DNA of 64,000 bases, taken from positions 6,014 to 70,013 of the forward strand of contig CBDDBE010000002.1 in NCBI GenBank assembly GCA_965225085.1. Direction: 5' to 3'. This document shows positions 57,134-64,000 of the stretch, piece after piece (within the stretch, counting starts at the first letter, position 1; each line of letters opens with the position of its first letter). Both the position numbers and the translations under genes were made by a program. This stretch comes from an uncultured Candidatus Saccharibacteria bacterium (GTDB taxonomy: Bacteria > Patescibacteriota > Saccharimonadia > Saccharimonadales > EFPC-124). The notes under the pieces are model-generated. The model did no database searches. It saw only the letters and a program-made list of their open reading frames with translations, and was not told where the DNA came from.

Positions 57134-58243
57134 ATGCGTAAGACAAAAACCATTGGTTCCGCGCCTTCTTACCGCACGCTGAGTGCGTTATTCCTCGCTG
57201 TTTTTATGGCGCTCATGCCAGTTGCAAGTACGCGGGCAGACTCGTTTGATGACCAGATTAACGCGTTGAAACAGCAGGTTGCTGGCTACCAGGCCCAGGC
57301 GGGCCAGCTGCGCGCCCAAGTAGATGACCTGCAGTCGCAGCTAAACGCTCTCGATGTTCAGGCCCAGGCAATCCAAGCCCAGATTTCAGCCAACGAGCTC
57401 AAGAAGCAACAGCTAAATCAACAGATTCAACGAACGTCCGACCAAATCGTCCAGCAAAAACAAGGCCTAGCCCAGACCCTCAAGTCGATGTATGTCGAGA
57501 GCAATATATCACCGCTTGAAATGGTCGCTTCCAGCAAAAATATCAGTGATTTTATAGACAAACAGGAGTACCGCGACAAGATTCGTGATTCCATCCAAAA
57601 AGGGCTGCAGCAGATTAAGGACCTGCAGGCGGAGCTAACCAAACAGCGTGCCGACGTCGAGCACGTGCTGGCTGATCAAAAAGCCATGCAGACGCAACTA
57701 AGCGCACAGGCTGATCAGAAGAACCAACTGCTTGCGCAAACGCAAGGCCAGGAAGACGCCTATAAGCAGCTCGTTTCTAGCCAGAACAGCAAGATTGATG
57801 ATTTGCGAGCCCAGCAGCGCGCCGCGAACGCCAGACTATTTGGCGGGCAGGCCGGCACGGGCCCAGCATGCGGTGGTGGATACCCTGGGGCTTACTGTAA
57901 CGTGCCGATGGATAGTGTCGTCGACAACTGGGGAATGTACAACCGTGAGTGCGTTAGCTACACCGCTTGGAAAGTGGCGAGCACCGGCCGATACATTCCG
58001 TATGGGCTGGGCAACGCCAACATGTGGCCAGATGGTGCACGCGCTGCCGGCATCTCTGTCGATAGCTCGCCGCGGGCAGGTGATGTCGCAATCTGGGATA
58101 TTGGCCCATATGGTCACGCAATGTACGTCGAGTCGGTCAACAATAACGGCACGATCACCGTCAGCCAGTATAATGCTGATTATTACGGACACTTTAGCAC
58201 CGCGACGATTAGCTCGAGCGGCTTCCAATATATTCATTTCTAG
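57134..58243 (+). CDS. Secreted coiled-coil + CHAP-domain peptidoglycan hydrolase (PcsB-like architecture)
   Basis: Signal peptide ...MPVASTRA/DS. About 230 aa of Q/L/A-rich heptads. C-terminal CHAP domain (NRECVSYTAWKV ... GHAMYVESV). Confidence 0.75.
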   Translation: MRKTKTIGSAPSYRTLSALFLAVFMALMPVASTRADSFDDQINALKQQVAGYQAQAGQLRAQVDDLQSQLNALDVQAQAIQAQISANELKKQQLNQQIQRTSDQIVQQKQGLAQTLKSMYVESNISPLEMVASSKNISDFIDKQEYRDKIRDSIQKGLQQIKDLQAELTKQRADVEHVLADQKAMQTQLSAQADQKNQLLAQTQGQEDAYKQLVSSQNSKIDDLRAQQRAANARLFGGQAGTGPACGGGYPGAYCNVPMDSVVDNWGMYNRECVSYTAWKVASTGRYIPYGLGNANMWPDGARAAGISVDSSPRAGDVAIWDIGPYGHAMYVESVNNNGTITVSQYNADYYGHFSTATISSSGFQYIHF

Positions 58244-58285
58244 TTGACGAGCTTCATTGATGCGCTTGTAGTATCATAGAACCAC

Positions 58286-58798
58286 ATGGAGAAAATATTT
58301 CCTGGTTTCGGTGCATTGTCACGGAAAATGCAGCGCAGAGTCGGCGGTACGCTTGTAATAGTAGTCGTTGGGCTATCGTTGCTTATTGCGGTCGTAGCCG
58401 TCGTAGGTGCTGGCCCAGCCTGCGGTGGCGGATACCCGGATCGATTTTGCAAGAAGTCACTAGATACGATAGTCGACAACTGGGGCATGTACAATCGCGA
58501 GTGCGTTAGCTACACCGCATACCGCGTTGCTGTATCGGGCAGAAAAATGCCATTTGGATTTGGTGACGCCAACCAATGGCCAACTGCGGCACGTGCGCAC
58601 GGTATTCCTGTCGATGCAATACCTCGAGCTGGCGACGTCGCGATACGGCCCGGCGGCAGCCACGGGCATTCGATGTACGTCGAGTCAGTCAACAGCAACG
58701 GCACGATCAACGTTAGCGAGTACAATACGAATAAGCTGGGCACGTACAGCGAAGAAACAATTGGCACTGAGGGTCTGCAATTTATTCACTTCTTCTAA
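58286..58798 (+). CDS. Membrane-anchored CHAP-domain hydrolase; paralog of the CHAP domain upstream
   Basis: N-terminal TM, then GPACGGGYPDRFC...NRECVSYTAYRV...GHSMYVESV. Long near-identical nucleotide stretches shared with 57860-58240. Confidence 0.75.
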   Translation: MEKIFPGFGALSRKMQRRVGGTLVIVVVGLSLLIAVVAVVGAGPACGGGYPDRFCKKSLDTIVDNWGMYNRECVSYTAYRVAVSGRKMPFGFGDANQWPTAARAHGIPVDAIPRAGDVAIRPGGSHGHSMYVESVNSNGTINVSEYNTNKLGTYSEETIGTEGLQFIHFF

Positions 58799-58866
58799 GC
58801 CCGCTCACAGATTGGGTGTACATACTAAAAGTGCTCGTGGTTGGCTGTAACCCATGGTAGTATCAA

Positions 58867-60135
58867 ATGAGTAATAAGTTGGGTAGTTTTATGAAAAGCA
58901 AAGGAACAGACGTGGCTGAACACGACGTTATGCCTCGTCCTCGTGGCAAACAGAGGCGAGTAGTGCGACTGAGCACGACAATTTTGATAGTAGTTATTGT
59001 GGGCGTAGTAACCTTCGTGGGCGGTATGCGCGCGAATGATCTGGTGATGCTATTTGCCAATAGCCAGAACAAGAACACGCCGTCGCAGCTGAACTTTGCG
59101 AGCTTGCAAGAGGTCTACGCCAAGCTTCGACAAGAGTTTGACGGCACCCTAGACACCCAGAAACTCATTGACGGGGCCAAAAAGGGAATGGCCGAAGCCG
59201 CTGGTGACCCGTACACGGTATACTTTACTGATGCCGAGGCCAAGCAATTCTTTGGCGACCTGGAAGGAACCTTTCAGGGCATAGGTGCGCAGCTAGACAA
59301 ACGCAACAATCAGCTGGTCATCGTCACGACACTCGACAATTCGCCAGCGCAGAAGGCGGGGCTCCTTGCTGGTGACGCTATCGCTCGAGTGAACGACGAG
59401 GATACGTCTACCTGGAGCGTCGACCAGGCTGTCGCTAAAATCCGTGGTGATAAGGGAACGACTGTAAAACTGACAATCGTTCGCAATAATCAGCCTCAGG
59501 TTATTTCGATTGTGCGCGACGAGATTACCAGCCCGAGCGTGACATTTAGCGAGACAAGTGACAACATCGGCTACATGCGTATCTCACGCTTTGACCAAGG
59601 CGATACTACCTCGCTGAGCGCTAAGGCTGCACAAGAGTTCAAGGACAAAGGGGTAAAGGGTGTCGTGCTTGATCTCCGCGGCGATGGTGGTGGCTACCTG
59701 ACTGCCGCTCAGGACGTAGCAAGCCTGTGGCTGCCTGCTGGCAAGACGATCGTGCAGGAGCGACGAGGTGACGTCGTAGAGGAGACGCTAAAGGCCAACG
59801 GCACCGCACCGTTGCAAGGTATTCCGACCATCGTGCTGGTAGACGGTGGCAGCGCGAGCGCCAGCGAGATTGTTTCGGGCGCACTCCACGACAACAATGC
59901 CGCCAAACTAGTGGGTGTTACGACATTTGGCAAGGGAAGCGTGCAGAATATCGATAACTTGCCCAGTGGCGGCGAGTTAAAGGTGACAATTGCCAAATGG
60001 TACACTCCAAATGGCAAGAACATCAACAAACAGGGTATTCAGCCCGACGTCGTCGTGGCCCTCAGCGAGGATGACATCAAGAACGGTCGCGACCCGCAGA
60101 AGGACAAAGCGCTGGAGCTGGTCAAGACACCCTAA
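58867..60135 (+). CDS. ctpA: S41 C-terminal processing peptidase with PDZ
   Basis: PDZ SPAQKAGLLAGDAI, DLRGDGGGYL, GGSASASEI and TFGKGSVQ. Confidence 0.85.
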   Translation: MSNKLGSFMKSKGTDVAEHDVMPRPRGKQRRVVRLSTTILIVVIVGVVTFVGGMRANDLVMLFANSQNKNTPSQLNFASLQEVYAKLRQEFDGTLDTQKLIDGAKKGMAEAAGDPYTVYFTDAEAKQFFGDLEGTFQGIGAQLDKRNNQLVIVTTLDNSPAQKAGLLAGDAIARVNDEDTSTWSVDQAVAKIRGDKGTTVKLTIVRNNQPQVISIVRDEITSPSVTFSETSDNIGYMRISRFDQGDTTSLSAKAAQEFKDKGVKGVVLDLRGDGGGYLTAAQDVASLWLPAGKTIVQERRGDVVEETLKANGTAPLQGIPTIVLVDGGSASASEIVSGALHDNNAAKLVGVTTFGKGSVQNIDNLPSGGELKVTIAKWYTPNGKNINKQGIQPDVVVALSEDDIKNGRDPQKDKALELVKTP

Positions 60136-60155
60136 GTCGAGTACACTAACATTGT

Positions 60156-60536
60156 ATGGATGCCAAAAAGAAAATTCTTCTTGTCGAAGATGATACTGCC
60201 CTCGCAAGCGTCTATGTGTCGCGCTTGCAGCTAGAGGGTTTTGACGTAAAACATGTAAGCAACGGCGAGGATGCGCTGAGCACAGCCGTTGCTTACAGGC
60301 CAGATTTGATCGTTCTTGATGCGATGATGCCCAAGATTAGCGGCTTTGATGTTTTGGATATTTTGCGCAACACCGCCCAGACGGCTAACGTGCGCATTAT
60401 GATGCTAACTGCGCTGAGTCAGGCGAAGGACCGTGAGCGTGCCCAGCAGCTCGGCGTGGACGACTATTTGGTCAAGTCGCAAGTCGTAATCGGTGATGTC
60501 GTTGCTCGTATAAAGCACCATTTAGGCGTTAAGTAG
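60156..60536 (+). CDS. Stand-alone response-regulator receiver domain (CheY-like)
   Basis: KILLVEDD, DLIVLDAMMPKISG and the LTA...K pattern. No output domain and no adjacent kinase. Confidence 0.85.
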   Translation: MDAKKKILLVEDDTALASVYVSRLQLEGFDVKHVSNGEDALSTAVAYRPDLIVLDAMMPKISGFDVLDILRNTAQTANVRIMMLTALSQAKDRERAQQLGVDDYLVKSQVVIGDVVARIKHHLGVK

Positions 60537-60553
60537 TCTCCTTTACGGAAATC

Positions 60554-60583
60554 AAAAACTCCGCGAGAATGTGCGGAGTTTTT
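60554..60583. terminator. Bidirectional rho-independent terminator
   Basis: AAAAACTCCGC-GAGAATGT-GCGGAGTTTTT between the convergent receiver gene and rpmA. Confidence 0.75.
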
Positions 60584-60601
60584 GGGTTTGCTAGGCTGTA
60601 T

Positions 60602-60910
60602 TTATTTTTTCTTGGCGACAGCTTGTGCTGGTGCTTCGTCGATAATGATCACCTGAGTGCGCATAGTTGTTTTGCCGGTGAAGCGCTTGATCTTCACGTG
60701 CTTGAAGGCGACGATGCCGTCGCGAGCTGCGTGGATGGTAAAGTTACGAGCCATAAAGGTGCCTGGACCAGGAATTTTGGTGCGGCCTACCTGACGAACT
60801 AATACTTCGCCTTCGTTGACTTTTTGGCCACCAAAACGCTTAACGCCAAGGCGCTGGCCGGGTGAATCGTGGACGTTTTTGGCGGTACCGCCTGCTTTAA
60901 CGTGTGACAT
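60602..60910 (-). CDS. rpmA: 50S ribosomal protein L27
   Basis: MSHVKAGGTAKNVHDSPGQRLGVKRFGGQKV. Confidence 0.95.
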   Translation of the reverse strand: MSHVKAGGTAKNVHDSPGQRLGVKRFGGQKVNEGEVLVRQVGRTKIPGPGTFMARNFTIHAARDGIVAFKHVKIKRFTGKTTMRTQVIIIDEAPAQAVAKKK

Positions 60911-60913
60911 AAA

Positions 60914-62089
60914 TTAGTGTGACTCCTTGGCTGTTAAAACCAGTAATTCGCGGGCAACAATTTGATCCTCGCGGTGATATATGAGGTCTTGCGCGCGTAT
61001 GTGTTTAAAACTTACTCGATTATAGCCGATTTTCTCGAGGTCGTCAATAACATCCAGATGACGATAGCCTTGGCCGGTAAACCAAGCTGGCACGGCGACA
61101 CAAAGGCGTGTGCCTGGGGCTATCTGAGGGCGGAGGTTTTGCAAAAAAGCCTTGGCAATATCGTTGCATTCGCTGGCTATGCGGGCCAGATGTACTGGGG
61201 CGGGTAGGGTATGCAACGGTTTGCCCAAGTACCCCTCACACACGACGCTATCGATTGGCTGTTGCCACGTGGCGGTCGTGGCATCGAGGGTATCCAGCGA
61301 GAGGGCAAAATCAATGCCGTATGTATCCTTCAGCCACTGGATGTTCTGGCCAGTGTAATCGACCATTCGTCCACTTATGTCTGTTCCGTATACGTCGCAG
61401 CCCATCAGCGCGGCTTCTTGTAGCACGACGCCGGTGCCACAAAACGGGTCGAGCACGCGCTGGCCGGGTCGGACTTGTGCCAGGTTGAGCATGGTCTGCG
61501 CAAGTTTGGGCGGTAGCATTCCCACGAACGCATCGCGGCGGGGGCGAGTAAAGTCACGTCGGGCGTAATCGTCGATGTCTTGGACGTGCACGGTGCGGGC
61601 GATGTGCGTACGCGCGCCATCGCGGATGAAGAGAAGCTCGCACCCGAGGTCGCTCGTGAGCTGGTTGTGCAGGATCTGAGCGCTGTTAAGTTCGAGTGCA
61701 CTGTTGGGTACAACGCGAGCAGATCGTCCATTAGCACGAAGAGCCTTCTTGAGTTCAAGTCCGCTACGTTGGAGCGATTTGAGACTGACGTTTAGACCGT
61801 AGGTGCTGAGGCCAAGCTTTATTTTGCCCTCGGTCGGCATGTCGGCAAAGTGACGGGGTAGAAGCGTCCGGCAGGCGTCCAGAATCTGCGACCAATCGGT
61901 CCTGTCCAAGGTTGCTAACGGGGTGCCTATCTTGATGACGCTGCCCAGCAAGTGGGCCGGGACATCCTGAACCTCGACGTCAACCTGCGCGGCAATGTCG
62001 CCCAGTGGCAGGATGCGTTCAGCGCCAAAACGGCTTTCGAGCTCGGCCAGGCCGAATGCAGGCTGGCGGCCTAAAATACAGATAATCAT
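60914..62089 (-). CDS. SAM-dependent methyltransferase (RNA/UPF0020-like; target unknown)
   Basis: Motif I VLDPFCGTGVVLQEAALMG..VYGTDIS. Start trimmed to MIICILGRQP. Confidence 0.65.
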   Translation of the reverse strand: MIICILGRQPAFGLAELESRFGAERILPLGDIAAQVDVEVQDVPAHLLGSVIKIGTPLATLDRTDWSQILDACRTLLPRHFADMPTEGKIKLGLSTYGLNVSLKSLQRSGLELKKALRANGRSARVVPNSALELNSAQILHNQLTSDLGCELLFIRDGARTHIARTVHVQDIDDYARRDFTRPRRDAFVGMLPPKLAQTMLNLAQVRPGQRVLDPFCGTGVVLQEAALMGCDVYGTDISGRMVDYTGQNIQWLKDTYGIDFALSLDTLDATTATWQQPIDSVVCEGYLGKPLHTLPAPVHLARIASECNDIAKAFLQNLRPQIAPGTRLCVAVPAWFTGQGYRHLDVIDDLEKIGYNRVSFKHIRAQDLIYHREDQIVARELLVLTAKESH

Positions 62090-62163
62090 ATAATCTTCAG
62101 TATAGCGTTTTTGTGGCTCTCCCGCCATGCGCCTGGGGGTGGGGCGGGCGGGAGAGCCACTGT

Positions 62164-62802
62164 TCATGTTTCCATGCCAGGGATGCTTGGTTCCTTGACG
62201 TGCTTCGCTTGGGCGATTTCGTATATCGTTTGGCCTGCCGCGTTGGGCTCGACGCGGATGAGAGTATTCCTTGTCGGAGCCCAGCCGGGATCATCGGCTA
62301 GCGTGACATACCAGCCAAGGTTGCCGGTCTCCATCATCCATTCCGCGGTTGCGAGCCCAACGCCTTTTCCGATCCGGTTGAACAAGGTCACGAGCTTGTA
62401 GCACGGCCTCCGCGGGTTTTCAATCTCCAGCCTCAGGCGGCTGGGCCCCCAGTACCACACATCGCTTGTACGCGCGATTTGCTCATTGGCATAGGCGCCA
62501 CTCACGAGCAAGTTCTCGCCGAATGTCAGGCCGAGCTCGGCAAGCCGGTCCGGGGCGGTTCCGAAGGCTTCAGCCCACCGAATGTACTGGGTGATGGGCA
62601 GGACATAAACGGCCTTCTTGGGGCCGCCATGTACCCTGAGGTCCGCTTGCGCGTCACCTCGTAGACCTGCCTGGGTAACCCAAATGCGGCTGTCTGACAC
62701 GGGTCGCTTCAGGAAGCAGCTCATTATTTCTGCGCCACTATTCCTGTGACCGATGACCTCAGGCGCGCCGAGAACGCGTGTATCAAGGAGTGAAATGTCC
62801 AT
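62164..62802 (-). CDS. MOSC-domain protein (YiiM-like)
   Basis: GDAQADLRVHGGPKKAVYV and the conserved-Cys segment NPRRPCYKL. A spot count on line 62401 gives 41/60 G+C. SD is AGAGGAAA. Confidence 0.8.
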   Translation of the reverse strand: MDISLLDTRVLGAPEVIGHRNSGAEIMSCFLKRPVSDSRIWVTQAGLRGDAQADLRVHGGPKKAVYVLPITQYIRWAEAFGTAPDRLAELGLTFGENLLVSGAYANEQIARTSDVWYWGPSRLRLEIENPRRPCYKLVTLFNRIGKGVGLATAEWMMETGNLGWYVTLADDPGWAPTRNTLIRVEPNAAGQTIYEIAQAKHVKEPSIPGMET

Positions 62803-62911
62803 GATTTCCTCTCGTCTGGGATGAACAAAAAGGAGTATGCATCATCGTGGCGGTTTTTGCAAACAATTGCAGCGTTGCGGTCGGCCGAGCAAATAGTCTA
62901 AGATAAAGCGT

Positions 62912-63943
62912 ATGAGATTTAAATTCTGGCTCAATATTGTGACCTTTGCCGCCATTGCTGTTGTGGTTGTGTTTGCTCGTCACGACATTATTATGGCGTT
63001 CCAGAAGATGCAACATCTGAACATTTGGGTGCTGGCACTGATGGTGCCGGCGCAGTTTTTTGCGTTTTATGCGGTCGCACGGGTGTATTTTCATTTCTTT
63101 AAGGCCACGGGGACGCCGCTTTCTATGAAGGTGTTGCTACCGGCTGCGATTGAGCTGAACTTCGTGAATCATATCTTCCCAAGCGGTGGCGTCTCGGGTT
63201 TTTCGTACCTGACTATTCGCCTGCGGCACGAAGACATCTCGACGGCCAAGGCGACGCTGGCTCAGCTGGTGCGATTTATGATGGTGTTTGTAACGTTTAT
63301 TGGCTTACTGTTGTTAGCGGTGATTTTGTTAGCCCTACAGGACCAAGTGAATCGGTTTATTATCCTGATGGCAACAGCGTTGACCGTGAGTATTCTGTTT
63401 GCGACGCTAACTGTGCTGTACGTTATTGGGACAGAGTATCGTATACGCGATTTTACGCGTGGTATGAGCCGGCTTCTGAATCGCTTGATCCATATTGTCA
63501 GGCCGGGCCATCCGGAGACCATTGACCTGGGGCAGGTGGAGAAGACATTTACCGAGCTCCACAACGATTATGTGCTCCTGCGGCGCGATCTTCGTAAAAT
63601 GTGGCCGGCGATTACGTGGGCGCTTATCGCAAATGTTGCAGAGATCGGTTTGATATATATTGCCTTCGTGGCACATGGTGCATGGATAAACCCCGGCGCA
63701 CTCATTATCGCGTACGCGATCGCAACGGTGGCTGGGCTTCTTGCAATCCTGCCTGGCGGACTAGGCGTGTATGAGCCGCTAATGGCCGCCGTGCTACTAA
63801 GTGCTGGCGTCTCGGGCACGGTTGCACTGAGCGCTACGCTGGTTTCGCGTGTGGTGATGCTGGGGCTAGCCCTTGGTACGGGATATGTGCTCTATCAACG
63901 AGCGCTGAGGCGGTATGGAGACGTTGACGTTACGCGTCAGTGA
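62912..63943 (+). CDS. Flippase-like / lysylphosphatidylglycerol-synthase-TM-region family membrane protein (UPF0104-like)
   Basis: 343 aa with about 8 TMs and the central basic loop typical of this family. Assignment made from topology memory. Confidence 0.6.
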   Translation: MRFKFWLNIVTFAAIAVVVVFARHDIIMAFQKMQHLNIWVLALMVPAQFFAFYAVARVYFHFFKATGTPLSMKVLLPAAIELNFVNHIFPSGGVSGFSYLTIRLRHEDISTAKATLAQLVRFMMVFVTFIGLLLLAVILLALQDQVNRFIILMATALTVSILFATLTVLYVIGTEYRIRDFTRGMSRLLNRLIHIVRPGHPETIDLGQVEKTFTELHNDYVLLRRDLRKMWPAITWALIANVAEIGLIYIAFVAHGAWINPGALIIAYAIATVAGLLAILPGGLGVYEPLMAAVLLSAGVSGTVALSATLVSRVVMLGLALGTGYVLYQRALRRYGDVDVTRQ

Positions 63944-64000
63944 ACTCATTGCGCTGGTCAACCAGACGCTTGAGTATGCCTACCCGACAGTCGAGGTCGA
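63915..64000 (+). CDS. xseA: 5' end of exodeoxyribonuclease VII large subunit (runs off the right edge)
   Basis: METLTLRVSELIALVNQTLEYAYPTVEVE matches the usual XseA N-terminus (..SVSEL...I...LE..F..V.V.GE). Confidence 0.55.
   Translation, partial: METLTLRVSELIALVNQTLEYAYPTVEV

Noticed and set aside
1-64000. Looked for CRISPR repeats, IS or transposase or integrase genes, rRNA or tRNA genes, phage structural genes and recognisable defence systems (RM, CBASS, TA pairs, retrons).
   Set aside because: I found no spaced direct-repeat arrays, no DDE or tyrosine-recombinase motifs, no T-loop or acceptor patterns, and no cyclase or effector domains. The only TA-like trace is the frameshifted RHH gene. 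Absence is judged by eye, not by HMM search.

Overview
This window reads as core chromosome from a small, streamlined bacterium. My inference is CPR/Patescibacteria, plausibly Saccharibacteria-like. The cues are a class I LysRS, B12-type NrdJ, short proteins, no pyrH or cdsA inside the otherwise conserved rpsB-tsf-frr-uppS-rseP-proS block, and many tiny intergenic gaps. Housekeeping genes dominate: priA-def-fmt, recJ, rpsU, adk-map, ftsA-ftsZ, nrdR-nrdJ, ileS, rplU, parAB, two lepB, LCP, htrA, rpmE-prfA-trmH-prmC, rpsB-tsf, frr-uppS-rseP-CPBP-proS, greA, lysK, serS, hpf, secA, M16 peptidase, murD/murI, prfB, ftsEX plus two CHAP hydrolases plus ctpA, and rpmA. I saw no rRNA, tRNA, CRISPR array, transposase or integrase. 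Four things look unusual. (1) The left 1.7 kb is about 63-70% GC and changes abruptly to AT-rich DNA near 1725, which suggests foreign DNA or an assembly chimera. (2) A series of GC-rich genes with Shine-Dalgarno (SD) sites, mostly solo and on the opposite strand, is wedged between housekeeping operons. The most notable is a tandem pair of divergent paralogs at 36.2-37.6 kb in the tsf-frr gap, one carrying a Nudix-box-like motif and one degenerate. (3) Regulatory elements include an ileS T-box leader, tandem NrdR boxes and a structured nrdJ leader. (4) A -10-like hexamer recurs 6-10 nt upstream of many start codons, implying widespread leaderless or near-leaderless mRNAs. I cannot demonstrate a complete novel system from sequence alone. 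The 36.2-37.6 kb pair is the best candidate, and all family names for hypothetical proteins are unverified recollections of motifs.
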